64,000 bases of DNA from an uncultured Solirubrobacterales bacterium. Lineage in GTDB: Bacteria > Actinomycetota > Thermoleophilia > Solirubrobacterales > JBBDJG01. The DNA lies in assembly GCA_963785085.1 (NCBI GenBank), contig CAWAUD010000007.1:28613-92612 (forward strand). The letters run 5' to 3'. The position numbers were made by a program, and so were the translations under genes. This document shows, piece after piece, positions 9,034 through 22,201 of the stretch; the first letter of the stretch is position 1, and each line of letters opens with the position of its first letter. The notes under the pieces are model-generated. The model did not search any database and was not told the DNA's origin. It saw only the letters and a list, made by a program, of their open reading frames with translations.

Positions 9034-10161
9034 CTAACCGTCCAGGAACCGCTGCACTTCGGCCTGTTTCTCGGCCGGTGAGACGACAAGCGGGTTCGCG
9101 CCGGGGTTGATCGGCCGCAGGATCCGGGGCTTGATCTTGCCTCCGGTCTCGATGTCGAGGTAGAGCGCCATCAGCGCCGCGCCGCCCATGTCGGAGATCA
9201 CGGCCTTGGGCGCGCGCCAGGCCACCCATGGCCAGCGCGGGAAGGTGAACGGGTTGAACAGGCGGCCCTTGACAGCCTCCAGGAACTGCTGCTGCCGGCG
9301 GGCGCGCGTCAGGTCCGACTCCTCGGGCGCGCAGCGGTTCTTGCGGATCCGCACGACGTCGAGCGCCTGCTGCCCGTTCAGATGGTGCTCGCCCTTTCGG
9401 AAGCGCACCGTGCGGCCCTCGAACCGCGACACGATGCAGTGGCCGAACGTCATGTTCACGCCGCCGAGCGCGTCGACGAACTTGGGGAAGCCCTTGAAGT
9501 CGACTTCGACGATGTGGTTGATGTCGATGCCGAGGTACTGCTTGAGAGTCTCGATCATCAGGGGCGGACCGCCGAACGCATAGGCGGCGTTGATCTTGTT
9601 CGGCCCGTGGCCGGGAATGTTCACCAGCGTGTCGCGCGGGATCGACAGGCGCGCCGCCTTGCCGCCGCCGTAGCGCATCAGCATGATCGTGTCGGCCCGG
9701 CCCACGTCCTCGCCGGGACGCTTGTCGGAGCCGAGCAGCAGGACGTTGTTGGCGCTGAACAGCATGTTGCCGCCGTCGTCGAGCGCGTTGCGCGTGTCCT
9801 GGCTCACCTTCTGCGACTGCTGGTGGGCGCTGAAGAAGAAGAGGACCAGGCTGAGGAGGGTCCAGCCGGCGATCGCGGCCGCAACATAGGCCAGAACTCG
9901 CTTCCACGAGATCGGCTTGCGCTCGCGCGGCTCCTGTTCGCGACCGGGGCGGTAGTCCCGCCTGGGCAGATACGGGCCGCCCTCGGCAGGTGGGCGATCG
10001 GCCGTCCCAACGCCGCCGTTCTTGGGGGGCGCTCCGCCCTCCTCTTCACCGCGCAGCGTGTCGAATCGCGCGCTCTCGCGGCGATTGAAGAAGCGGCTGA
10101 GGATCCCGCGGCGGGCGCGGTAGACCCGGTATTCGGGCTTGTCGGGGGCCATCGGCTGCAT
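9034..10161 (-). CDS. LCP (LytR-CpsA-Psr) family cell-wall glycopolymer transferase
   Basis: TM followed by LLLGSD, RADTIML, SIPRDT, KINAAY, SDLTRARRQQ. Confidence 0.92.
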   Translation of the reverse strand: MQPMAPDKPEYRVYRARRGILSRFFNRRESARFDTLRGEEEGGAPPKNGGVGTADRPPAEGGPYLPRRDYRPGREQEPRERKPISWKRVLAYVAAAIAGWTLLSLVLFFFSAHQQSQKVSQDTRNALDDGGNMLFSANNVLLLGSDKRPGEDVGRADTIMLMRYGGGKAARLSIPRDTLVNIPGHGPNKINAAYAFGGPPLMIETLKQYLGIDINHIVEVDFKGFPKFVDALGGVNMTFGHCIVSRFEGRTVRFRKGEHHLNGQQALDVVRIRKNRCAPEESDLTRARRQQQFLEAVKGRLFNPFTFPRWPWVAWRAPKAVISDMGGAALMALYLDIETGGKIKPRILRPINPGANPLVVSPAEKQAEVQRFLDG

Positions 10162-10242
10162 CAGGAGGCGACCCGGCGGATTTCGCCGTGTCGCCTCCCC
10201 GCCCTTCTATAGTGCCGGATTCTTGAGGCCGGGAGGGACACC

Positions 10243-11187
10243 TTGCGCCGCGTGATCGGTGCCGATCTGGGCGGAACGAAGCTCCTGGCGGGCGTCGTGG
10301 ACGAGCAGCTCGAGGTTCACGCACGTACCCACCGGACCGTTCGCGGCAAGTCTCAGGAGGAGATCGTCGATACCGTCGCCGACGCGATCCTGGAGCTCCG
10401 CGACCAGGATCCGGACGTCGAGGGGGTCGCGTTCGGCATCCCCTGCCTGATCGACCAGCGCACCGGCGTCGCGGTCACTGCCGTAAATCTCGACATCAAG
10501 CACTTCCCCTTCCGCGACACGATGACGGAGCGTCTCGAGCTGCCGGTCTTCCTCGACAACGACGGGAACGTGATGGCGCTCGCGGAGCAGCGATTCGGCG
10601 CGGCGCGCGGCGCGCAGGACGTGATCGGGCTGACGCTCGGGACCGGCGTCGGCGGCGGGATCGTGATCGACGGCCGGGTGTTCCGGGGCTCGATGGGTGC
10701 CGGAGCCGAGCTGGGGCACATGGTGATCGACCACAACGGGCCGCGCTGCCAGGGCAACTGCCCCAACTTCGGCTGCCTGGAGACGTTCGTCTCCGGGATG
10801 GCGATCGCGCGCGAGGCTCGCATGGCCGCAGACCAGGAGCCCGACTCCGAGCTGGCCGTCAGAGGGATGGACGAGGAGCTGACCGGAACGCTGGTGACCA
10901 CGATGGCGCTGGGCGGCGAGGAGGTCTCGCGCATGGTGCTGGGCCAGGTGGGCCGCATGCTCGGCGTCGGCCTGTCGAACTTCGTGAACATCTTCAACCC
11001 CGAGGTGATCGTCGTCGGCGGGGGCGTGATGGCCGCGGGCGACCTGCTGCTCGAGCCGGCCCGCACCGAGATGCGCGCGCGGGCGCTCGAGCCGAATCGC
11101 GACCTGGTGCGCGTCGTGAGCGCGAAGTTCGGGCCCGAAGCGGGGATGCTCGGCGCCAGCGTGCTCGCGTTCGACGAGCTGGGCTGA
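10243..11187 (+). CDS. ROK family glucokinase
   Basis: DLGGTK, DNDGN..ALAE, TLGTGVGGG, GELGH..CQGNCPNFGCLE. Confidence 0.9.
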   Translation: MRRVIGADLGGTKLLAGVVDEQLEVHARTHRTVRGKSQEEIVDTVADAILELRDQDPDVEGVAFGIPCLIDQRTGVAVTAVNLDIKHFPFRDTMTERLELPVFLDNDGNVMALAEQRFGAARGAQDVIGLTLGTGVGGGIVIDGRVFRGSMGAGAELGHMVIDHNGPRCQGNCPNFGCLETFVSGMAIAREARMAADQEPDSELAVRGMDEELTGTLVTTMALGGEEVSRMVLGQVGRMLGVGLSNFVNIFNPEVIVVGGGVMAAGDLLLEPARTEMRARALEPNRDLVRVVSAKFGPEAGMLGASVLAFDELG

Positions 11188-11190
11188 GCC

Positions 11191-12000
11191 TTGGCGGACG
11201 GGCGGCTGGTCGTTTGCCCGACGCCGATCGGCAATCTCGAGGACGTCACGCTGCGTGTGCTGCGGGTGCTGCGGGGAGGCCGACGTGCTCGCCTGCGAGG
11301 ACACTCGCCATACGCGGAAGTTGCTCGACCGCCACGGGATCGAGCCGCGGGGCCAGGTGCTCAGCTACCACGAGCACAACGAGCGCAAGCGTGCTGCGGA
11401 GCTGGTGGAGAAGATCCAGGGCGGGGCGGTCGTGGCACTGGTGAGCGACGCGGGGATGCCGGGGGTGTCGGATCCAGGCGCGGTGCTGGTCGCGGCTGTC
11501 GCGACGCCGGCCTGGCGGTGGAGGTGCTGCCCGGGCCATCGGCGGTCGTCACGGCGGTGGTCGCCGCCGGGCTTCCCACGGAGACCTGGTGTTACGTGGG
11601 CTTCCTTCCGCGGAAGAAGGGCGAGCTCGAGCGCACACTGCGCGGTGACCGCGGGACCCTGGTCGCGTTCGAGTCGCCCCGGCGGCTCGCCTCCACCCTC
11701 GCGGTGCTGGCCGGGATCGACCCGGAGCGGCCGGTCGCCGTCTGCCGCGAGCTGACCAAGGTCCACGAGGAAGTGGTGCGCGGGTCGGCAGCGGAGCTGG
11801 CCGAGCGGTTCGCCGAGGGAACGCGCGGCGAGGTGGTGCTGGTGATCGGTCCGGCCAGCGCCGGCGAGCCAGATCCAGGCGAGGCGCACGCGGCGGTCGA
11901 GCGGCTGGTCAAGGCGGGCGCCCGGCGCCGCGTCGCCGCAACGGTGGTGAGCGGCCTCACCGGGGTCCGGGCAAATACTCTCTACCGCTCCGGCGAATAA
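11191..12000 (+). CDS. rsmI: 16S rRNA (cytidine1402-2'-O)-methyltransferase (frameshifted)
   Basis: PTPIGNLEDVTLR, ACEDTRHT, VSDAGMPGVSDPG, FESPRR, VCRELTKVHEE over two frames. Confidence 0.92.
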   Translation: MADGRLVVCPTPIGNLEDVTLRVLRVLRGGRRARLRGHSPYAEVARPPRDRAAGPGAQLPRAQRAQACCGAGGEDPGRGGRGTGERRGDAGGVGSRRGAGRGCRDAGLAVEVLPGPSAVVTAVVAAGLPTETWCYVGFLPRKKGELERTLRGDRGTLVAFESPRRLASTLAVLAGIDPERPVAVCRELTKVHEEVVRGSAAELAERFAEGTRGEVVLVIGPASAGEPDPGEAHAAVERLVKAGARRRVAATVVSGLTGVRANTLYRSGE

Positions 12001-12005
12001 GAGGG

Positions 12006-12860
12006 ATGCAGATGGCTGAGCAGCCGCTCGACGACTATCGCAAGAAGAGCCTCGAAACGTGGGAGACGATGGCGCCCGTGTGGGCATCGGAGCGAGAGTT
12101 CCGCTCGCGAACCTCGAACGACGTCAACTCCTGGCTGATCGAGAAGGTCGCGCCGAAGGCCGGCGACACCCTGCTGGAGCTCGCCGCCGGCACCGGCGAG
12201 ACGGGCTTCCAGGCCGCGCGCATGGTGGGCGACTCCGGCAAGGTGATCTCGACCGACTTCTCGCCCGGGATGGTCGAGACCGCTCGCTCGGCGGGCGAGG
12301 AGCAGGGCCTTTCGAACATCGAGTACCGGGTCGCGGACGCGGAGCACATGGACCTCGGTGACGACAGCGTCGACGGCGTGATCTGCCGCTTCGGCTACAT
12401 GCTGATGGCGGATCCTGCTGCCGCGCTGGCGGAGACCCGGCGCGTGCTGCGTGCGGGTGGAAGGCTGGTCTTCGCGGTCTGGGGAGCGCCGGACCGCAAT
12501 CCGTGGGTGTCGCATCTCGGGATGCTCGCGGTCCAACGCGGGCTGATGCCTCCGCCCCAGCCCGGAATGCCCGGGATCTTCGCCCTGGCCGACCCGGACC
12601 GGATCCGCTCGCTCGTCACCGGCGCCGGGTTCGGCAACCCGCAGATCGACGAGCTCGGGCTCGAGTGGGACTTCGGGAGCTTCGACGAGTACTTCGAGTT
12701 CGTGTCGCGGTCGGCCGGGCCGGTGGCGATCGCGATGCGGGACCTTCCGGACGAGGATCGGGCACAGATGCGAGAGGAGCTCCACGAGCGCATGTCGCAG
12801 TTCGAGAGCGACGGAGGCTTCCGGGTCCCGCGCCTATGCCTGTGCGCGGTGGCGCAGTAG
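12006..12860 (+). CDS. Class I SAM-dependent methyltransferase
   Basis: LLELAAGTGE, DFSPGM, ADAEHM, CRFGYML. Confidence 0.9.
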   Translation: MQMAEQPLDDYRKKSLETWETMAPVWASEREFRSRTSNDVNSWLIEKVAPKAGDTLLELAAGTGETGFQAARMVGDSGKVISTDFSPGMVETARSAGEEQGLSNIEYRVADAEHMDLGDDSVDGVICRFGYMLMADPAAALAETRRVLRAGGRLVFAVWGAPDRNPWVSHLGMLAVQRGLMPPPQPGMPGIFALADPDRIRSLVTGAGFGNPQIDELGLEWDFGSFDEYFEFVSRSAGPVAIAMRDLPDEDRAQMREELHERMSQFESDGGFRVPRLCLCAVAQ

Positions 12861-12878
12861 ACCAGGCGTAGCCGGGCG

Positions 12879-13628
12879 CTAACCGCGCCTGTCGTCGAGC
12901 TGCCGGCGAAGCGCCTCGATCTCGGCTTTCTTTGCGGCGACCCGCTCGTCGGCCTTTCGCATCTCCGCGCGTGAGCGAGTCAGCTCGCGCTCTGCCTCCG
13001 AGACAGCGCGCGCGGCGCGCGTCCTCTTCGATCGCAGGTCGCGCTCCTCGGCGACGGCGCGTTCGATCTGGCCGCGCAGCTTCTTCGCCCGCGCCGAACG
13101 ACGATCCGGCTTGCGGGCGCGCGCCTCGCCGGCCGGAACATCGAACGCCTCCACCCCGCTTGCCCGCTGCTCCCGCGTCAGGCGGCCCGTCTCGGCCAGA
13201 GAGCGAACCTCATCGTCGACCGAGACGGCGTGCAGCGTCTGCTCCACGCGGTCGAGCACCGGTTCGCTGAGCCCTCGTCCCTGCGAGTCCGTGAGTCCGC
13301 GTGCCGCCCGGGTCAGGTGCTCGATCGCCGCACGCTGAGCGTCGACCGCATCGCGCAGGTCGGCGGGACTTGCATTGCCCGCGGCAGCGGCCGAGTGAGT
13401 CTTTCGCAGGCGCTGGCCGGCGTCCAGCAACGCCCGGGCGTCCTTGCGCTGGGTGCGCATCAGCTGGTTTACCGCCCAGGCCGCGGTCGTTGGCTTCGGC
13501 AGGGCCGCCACCTGGCTTGCGGCCTCACGGTCTCCATCCGCGCGAAGCTTGTCCGCGAGCTGCTTGCGGGCGCTCGTGAATTCCTCGAGCGGCAGGCCGT
13601 AGAGGGCGTCGGCTGGGTCTCCCGGCAT
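12879..13628 (-). CDS. Conserved actinobacterial hypothetical protein with coiled-coil C-terminus
   Basis: ADALYGLPLEEFTSARKQLA..PKPTTAAWAVNQL motif; Arg/Glu-rich coiled-coil tail. Confidence 0.75.
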   Translation of the reverse strand: MPGDPADALYGLPLEEFTSARKQLADKLRADGDREAASQVAALPKPTTAAWAVNQLMRTQRKDARALLDAGQRLRKTHSAAAAGNASPADLRDAVDAQRAAIEHLTRAARGLTDSQGRGLSEPVLDRVEQTLHAVSVDDEVRSLAETGRLTREQRASGVEAFDVPAGEARARKPDRRSARAKKLRGQIERAVAEERDLRSKRTRAARAVSEAERELTRSRAEMRKADERVAAKKAEIEALRRQLDDRRG

Positions 13629-13780
13629 CGTGTCATTAGACCGCACCTCGGAAGGAAACTCATCGGAACCGCACGGCTTTGCGACGCGGGTGCTGAAGAG
13701 GGCATACAGCCCGCTGATCCGGTCCGTGAGCCGCGCTAGCGTCGCCCGCGACCCACGACACGACCGGCAAGGAGGCCCGG

Positions 13781-14740
13781 ATGCGACGACTCGCATGGAA
13801 GACGAGCATGCTCTGCCTGACCCTGGCGGGGTGGACGGCGCTGATCGCTGCCCTGGCGCCCGATGCCAGATCGGCGGATGGCTGGACCTGGCCGGTCCGA
13901 GGCGAGGTGCTGACGCGCTACGCGAACGACGACGCGAATCCCTACGCGGGCGGAATGCACCGCGGGATCGACATCGCGGCGCCGGTCGGCGCGTCCGTGG
14001 TCGCGGCGCATTCGGGCGAGGTCACCTACGCCGGTGCGCTCGGCTACTCGGGCATCACAGTCGCGGTGCGAAGCGACGACGGCCGCTACGTGGCGAGCTA
14101 CCTCCACCTCTCGGCGGTGTCGGTCCGCCGCGGCGAGCAGGTGAGCGCCGGGCAGCGGGTCGGTGCGGTCGGGACGACCGGGCGCCGGTCCGTTGACCAG
14201 CCGCACCTGCACTTCGGAGTCCGGCTCGCAGACCAGGAGAACCGCTACGTCGACCCGCTGAGCCTCTTGCCGCCGCTGGGCGAAGCGCGGACCGAGCCGC
14301 CGGTGTCGACTGCCCCGTCCACGGTGCCGGTCGCGACGCGGCCCGAGCCGGTGAAGGCCCATGCCCGATCGCGTGTACGTGTGCGGGTCCGGCACCCGCT
14401 CGCCCACCCCGAGGGCGTTCCGGTGCTCGCGGGCCTGCGGCGGGCGCCCGCAACCGTCCCGGCGCCGGTGCTCTCGCGTCGTGCTCGTGCCACCACGCAC
14501 CGCGTGCGCGCGGGTCGCCCCTCCACTCCCCGCCTGCGCGAGCCTCTTCCGCACCTGCGCACCGGAGTGGTCACCGGACTGCCTGCCGCGGCGCCACGCG
14601 TGGATGGTGCGCATAGACATCCGGTCCCGCCGGCCGTGCTGGTCGCGCTGGGCGGTCTCGTGCTTGCGCTCGGCGCTTGGGCCCTGTACCGCCGGCCCGC
14701 GCCGGGTTACTTCAGGCGGATCGTGACCTTGTCGAGGTAG
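13781..14740 (+). CDS. M23 family metallopeptidase, secreted, C-terminal TM
   Basis: HRGIDI and HLHFG zinc motifs; AAGGAGG SD; C-terminal hydrophobic segment. Confidence 0.88.
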   Translation: MRRLAWKTSMLCLTLAGWTALIAALAPDARSADGWTWPVRGEVLTRYANDDANPYAGGMHRGIDIAAPVGASVVAAHSGEVTYAGALGYSGITVAVRSDDGRYVASYLHLSAVSVRRGEQVSAGQRVGAVGTTGRRSVDQPHLHFGVRLADQENRYVDPLSLLPPLGEARTEPPVSTAPSTVPVATRPEPVKAHARSRVRVRVRHPLAHPEGVPVLAGLRRAPATVPAPVLSRRARATTHRVRAGRPSTPRLREPLPHLRTGVVTGLPAAAPRVDGAHRHPVPPAVLVALGGLVLALGAWALYRRPAPGYFRRIVTLSR

Positions 14741-17700
14741 AGGTTCCGGTCACAGGAGCCGTCGGCGGTCTTGAAGTTGTTCAGGAACTCGACCTTGATC
14801 GTGTGCGTGCCGGCGGCTCCGCCGTTGGCGTTGGTCAGAGGCAGCGTGTAGTCCGTGTACGCGGTAGCCGGAACGTCGATCACGCGCGCGGCGAACGAGT
14901 CGAACGTGACCGTGGCCTGCGGCGAGCCCTGGCAGACGTCGGAGCGCATGCGGAGCGTCACCTGGTCGGCGTCGGTCGCGGTCGTGTACTGGCGCGTGCC
15001 GGCACTCGGCGAGCTGCGGAAGCCGAGCGTGTTGCCCGCGGAGGCCGGCGCCTCGGCGATCACGCGGACCGCCACGTTGTCGTTCGGGACCCGCGTCATG
15101 ACCTCGCCCTCGAAGACGAGCGGCGGGCTCGCAGGCAGTGTCGGCGTCGCGGAGCGCTCGGCCGAGGGATCGCTTTGATTGGTGTTGTTGTCGTAGGCGC
15201 GCACGACGTAGTAGTACGTCGTTCCGTTCGTGACGTTCGTCGTGTCCGTGTACTGCGACGAAGTCAGGTTCGCGACGTTCTGCTTCAGGTACGGACCGCC
15301 AGTCGTGGTCGAGCGGAAGACGTCGTAGTGGTTGAGGTCGGGCTCCGTGTTGTCGGCCCAGTCGAGCGCCACCTGCGCGTTGCCGCCGGTGGCCGTAAAT
15401 CCGGTGGGCGCGGCGGGTGGCGTCAGGTCCGGTGGCGGCGCGGCCGGGGTGGCCGACTTCTCGGCCGACGGGTTGCTCGGGTTGCCGGCGTTGTCGAATG
15501 CGCGCACGACGTAGAAGTAGGTCGTCCCGTTCGTGACGTTGGTCGTGTCGGTGAACTGGGATGCGGTCAGGTTCGCGGTGTTCTGCTTCGTGTAGGGCCC
15601 GCCGGTCGTCGTTCCGCGGAAGACGTCGTAGTGGTTGAAGTCGGGCTCGGTGTTGTCGTCCCAATTCAGGGCGACCTGCGCGTTGCCGCCGGTCGCCGTC
15701 AGGTTGGCCGGCGCCGCGGGCGGCAGGTCAGGCCCGCTGACCTGGCGGATCGTGACCTTGTCGAGATACAGGTTGCGGTCGCACGAGCCGTTCGCGGTCT
15801 TGAAGTTGTTCAGGAACTCGACCTTGATCGTGTGCGTCCCGGTCGCTCCGCCGTTGGCGTTCGTGAGCGGCAGGGTGTAGTCGGTGTAGGCGGTCGCGGG
15901 CACGTCGATCACCCGCGGCGCGAACGAGTCGAAGGTGACGGTGGCCTGGGGCGATCCCTGGCAGACGTCGCCGCGCATCCGCAGCGTCACGAGGTCCGCG
16001 TCGGCCGTGGTCGTGTACTGGCGCGTGCCCGCGCTGGGCGAAGAGCGGTAGCCGAGCGTGTTGCCGGCCGACGCGGGCGCCTCGGCGATCACCCGCACCG
16101 CCACGTTGTCGTTCGGCACGCGGGTCATGACCTCACCCTCGAAGACGATCGGAGCGGGCGGCGGCCCCACGGGCACGGTCGGCGTGGCCGACCTCTCCGT
16201 CGAGGGGTCGCTCTCGTTGTTGTTGTTGTCGTAGGCGCGAACGACGTAGTAGTAGGTCGTGCCGTTGGTGACGTTGGTGTCGGTGAACTGGGACACGGTC
16301 AGGTTGGTCGTGTTCTGCTTCAGGTACGGCCCGCCGGTCGTCGTCGAGCGGAACAGGTCGTAGTGGTTGAAGTCGGGCTCGGTGTTGTTGGCCCAGTCGA
16401 GCGCAACCGTCGCGTTGCCGGCGGTCGCCGTGAACGCGCTGGGCGCGGCCGGGGGAGTCAGGTCCGGTGGCGGCGCGGCCGGAGTCGCCGACTTCTCGGC
16501 CGACGGGTTGCTCTCGTTGGTGTTGTTGTCGTAGGCGCGCACGACGTAGAAGTAGGTCGTCCCGTTCGTGACGTTGGTCGTGTCCGTGAACTGGGATGCG
16601 GTCAGGTTGGCGGTGTTCTGCTTCGTGTACGGGCCGCCGGCCGTCGTTCCGCGGAAGACGTCGTAGTGGTTGAAGTCGGGCTCCGTGTTGTCGTCCCAGT
16701 TGAGGGCGACCTGCGCGTTGCCGCCGGTGGCGGTGAGATTCGCCGGCGGTCCGGGCGGCGTGAGGTCGGGCGGCGGCGCGGTCGGCGTGGCCGACTTCTC
16801 GGCGGAGAAGCCGCTCGGGTTGGTGGAGTTGTCGAACGCCTGCACCACGTAGTAGTAGGTGGTGCCGTTCTGGACGTTCACGTTGTCGGTGAACGCCGAG
16901 GTCGTCAGGTTGGTCGTGCTCTGCTTCGTGTACGGCCCGCCCTGGATCGTCGAGCGGAAGACCTCGTAGTGGTTGAAGTCGGACTCGGCGTTGTCGGCCC
17001 AGTCGAGCGACACCTGCTGGTTGCCGCCAGTCGCGGTCAGGCTGCCGGGAGGCGCGGGCGGCGTGAGGTCCTGCGCGGGGCTCGTCTGGCGGATCGTGAC
17101 CTTGTCGAGGTAGAGGTTGCGGTCGCAGGAGCCGTTGGCCGTCTTGAAGTTGTTCAGGAACTCCACCTTGATCGTGTGCGTCCCGGTCGCTCCGCCGTTC
17201 GAGTTCGTGAGCGGGATCGTGTAGTCGGTGTAGGCGGTCGCCGGCACGTCGATCACCTGGGGCGCGAACGAGTCGATCGTCACCGTCGCCTGCGGCGAGC
17301 CCTGGCAGACGTCGGAGCGCATGCGGAGCGTCACCTGGTCTGCGTCGGTCGTGGTCGTGTACTGGCGGGTGCCGGCGCTCGGCGAAGAGCGGTACCCGAG
17401 CGTGTTGCCGGCCGACGCGGGCGCCTCGGCGATCACCCGTACCGCCACGTTGTCGTTGGGCACGCGGGTCATGACCTCGCCCTCGAACGTGATCGGGGAG
17501 GGCGGCGGCTGCGAGACGACGTAGTTCGCGGTCAGCGTCGTGTTAGTCGCCGGGATGGTGATGTTGTGCTGTCGCGCCCCGCCGTCGGACCAGCCGGTGA
17601 ACGCGTAGGTTCGTCCCGCCGGCCGTGAAGGTCTGGGCTGCGGAGATGGTCCCGTTGAAGCCGACCGCCACGGCTCGCGTCCAGGGCGCCGCATTGGTGG

Positions 17701-19711
17701 CACCCGCGTAGGTGAGCGGCGCGCCGGGCGGCGAGCTGTCGAGCGTCAGGTTGACCGCCTGCGGGAAGAGCTTGATCGTCTTCGTGTCGGTCTGCCCGCG
17801 GCTGTCGGTCGCGGTCAGGACGACCTTGTAGAAGGAGTCGGCGTCGTGGTTCGGGTCGCTGGGGAAGCTCGGGGTCTCGCCCGACAGGAACCCGAGGTCA
17901 TGGACATGCGTGTTGTGGATCAGGATCACGTGCCACGACAGCGCGTCGCCCGTGAGCTGGCCGTCCTGGTTGTCGGTGACCGTGGCGTTGAGGTTGATCG
18001 TGTCCCCGACCAGGAAGGACGAGTTGTCGGCGGGCGAGTTGATCGTCACGTTCGGCGGGTCGTTGCCCGGGAACACCTTCACCGTCGCGGTCGCCTGGCC
18101 GCCCTTGCCGTCCCGCACCGTGAGCGTTGCGGTCGCGTTGGTCGCGCTGGAGTACCGGTGAGTCGGGTTCGCCAGACTGCTGTGCGCCGTGCCGTCGCCG
18201 AAGTCCCACTCATAGGTGAGCGGGTCGTTGTCCGGGTCGCTGGAGCCTGTGCTGCTGAAGGTCACGTCGAGCGGCACCGGGCCCGAGATCGGCGTGGTCG
18301 CACTCGCCGCGGCGATCGGCGTGGAGTTGCCGCCGAGCACGTAGGAGATCTTCCGCACCGAGCCGGTCCCGTTCGAGCCGTCGGCGAAGTTCGTGTAATA
18401 GATGAGGTTCCCCGGCCCGAGCTCGAGGTCGACGCCCGGCCAGTTGGTGGCGAACGGCTGGGTGCCCGTGACGTTGCCGTTGGCGTCGAACGTCAGCCGC
18501 TTTATGTACTTGGCGGCGTAGTTGCCGTAGAACATCGAGCCGTCGAAGTCGTCCGGGTAGGGGCCGCCCGGGTAGAACGGGCCGCCGACGATCGCCGAGG
18601 AGAAGTTGGGCTCGTCCGAGTGGGCCGTGACGAAGATCGGCGGGGTGGCGGCGTTCGCCGTGCCCTCGGCCTGGTACTGCGGCGTGCATCCGGAGAGGTC
18701 CTTGTAACCGCTCGTGTGCACGAGGCCCTCGTAGCAGGGCCAGCCGTAGTTCTTTCCGGGGGAAAGGAGGTCGATCTCCTCCCAGGTCTCCCAGCCCACG
18801 TCACCCACCACGGGCCCGAGCGGAGCCGGGCGTAGGGTGAACCGGAACGGGTTGCGCAAGCCCTTCGCGTAGAGCTTGGTGCACACATGCGTGAGGTCGT
18901 TGTCGGCAGGGCAGAAGGGGTGACCGGTCAGCCCGAGGCCGTTGCGGTCGACGTGCAGGATCTTGCCGGCCATCGTCTGCTCGTCGTAGGTGCGCAGAGC
19001 GACCGGGTCCACGCGCGACCAAGATGCGGCGTCGCCCGAGCCCAGCCACAGCGTCCCGTCTGGCGCCGAGCGGACCGTGCCGATCGCGTGCGAGTCCTCG
19101 TCGGCCGGGATGCAGTCGACGGCGTTGTTGGGTGTCGGGCAGGGGGGCGTCCCGATGCTGCCGAGCAGCACGGTCTCGCCGGAGGCCGTGTTGTCGTCGT
19201 TGACGGTCACCCGCGTGAGCCGCGAGGTCCGCGGTCCGCTGCCGCCCGAGCCGGGGACCATGTAGACGTACAGCAGGTACAGGTAGTGGTTGTTGGCGAA
19301 GTCGCTGTCCGCCGCGATGCCGAGCAGGCCGTGGTCCCCGACGCCGTGGACGTGGTTGGAGATGTCGAGCATCTGCACCACCGATCCGGAGGTCGTCAGC
19401 ACCTTCACCCTCCCGGCTTTCTCCGCGATGAACATGCGGCCGTCGGGCGCCCAGGCGATCGCCGTCGGCCCGGAGAGGTTCGAGGCCACCGTGGTCTCCT
19501 CGAAGCCGGTCGGCAGCGTGGCGCCGTGGGAGACCGCGGGCGCGGCCATTGTGAAAAAGCAGGCCAAGCCGAGTACGGCCAGCAATGCGTGGCGCGCACG
19601 GCCCCATCCCCTGATGGCTGTGTAAGTCAGCTGCGAAACCCTTCCCTGGGCAGGGCGCACTCCGTTCGCCCTCGCCGATGCCAAGCTACCACCGCTCTTG
19701 GCGGCGGGCAA
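14707..19711 (-). CDS. Large secreted PQQ-dependent sugar dehydrogenase (GSDH) + PKD + 5 FN3 + 3 CBM60-like modules (frameshift near 17615)
   Basis: DHGLLGIA, AGKILHV, GLRNPFR, DVGWETWEEI, NYGWPCYEG; PKD YEWDFGDG; FN3 repeats LTATGGNAQVALxW..YYVVRA; three modules ending CDRNLYLDKVTI; start uncertain. Confidence 0.85.
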
Positions 19712-19719
19712 CCTTATAG

Positions 19720-21282
<1,563 letters not shown>

Positions 21283-21286
<4 letters not shown>

Positions 21287-22192
21287 GCACACGCCAGGTA
21301 GGGCTGTTGATCGCCGTCTCGGCGATCTGGGGCGCCTCCTACCTGCTGATCAAGATCGCGCTGGACGGGTTCGAGCCGGGGGTGATCGTCTTCCTGCGCG
21401 TGCTGCTGGCGGCGGCACTCCTATATGCGGTGATCCTTGCCCGCGGCGGCGCCGACCGCGCGGCGCTCGCGAACCTGCGCCGCCGCCCGCGCGACACGCT
21501 CATCCAGGGGACACTCGCGGTCGCGCTGCCCTTCTCGCTGATCGCTTTCGGCGAGACGCAGATCACCTCGGGGCTGACAGGCGTGCTGATCTCCCCGGGC
21601 CCGTTGTTCGTCGCGCTGCTTGCGCCGGCGATCGACCGCTCGGAGCAGGTCGACCGGCGCGGGGCCATCGGCCTGGTGATCGGCTTCGCCGGAGTGATGC
21701 TGCTGATCGGGGTCGACACGGTCGGCAGCGCCGGTGAGTTCCTCGGAGCGCTGGCGATGCTCGGCGCCGCGCTCGCGTATGCGCTGGGCGCGATGTTCGC
21801 GAAGCTGCGCTTCGCGTGCGACGTGCCGCCGATCGTCGTCAGCTTTGGCGCCTGCGCGGTGGCGGCGCTGGTGACTCTGCCGATCGCCGCGGCGACGATC
21901 GGCGACACGAGCCCCGACCTGGGCGAGATCGCCGCGGTGGTGTGCCTCGGCGTGCTCGGGACGGCGACCGCGTTCGTCCTCTACTTCACGCTGATCGCCG
22001 AGGCCGGTGCCGGGCGCGCGGCGCTGTGCGGCTACCTGATCCCGCCGCTCGCGCTCGCCTACGGCGCGATCTTCCTGAACGAGACGATCACCTGGGCGGC
22101 CGATCGGCGGCCTGGCGCTGATCCTCTTCGGCGTCGGCATGGCCGGGGGCGAGCGGGGCGTCCAGGCACCCGCCGCCGAGGCTCGTTCCTAG
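21283..22192 (+). CDS. DMT/EamA family transporter (frameshift near 22100)
   Basis: [13 protein letters not shown] and ~10 TM segments; [14 protein letters not shown]. Confidence 0.85.
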
Positions 22193-22201
22193 AATCCGCT
22201 C

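Noticed and set aside
14677..17628. 983-aa plus-strand ORF
   Set aside because: Antisense shadow of the FN3/CBM gene; R/G/V-rich translation typical of high-GC reverse frames
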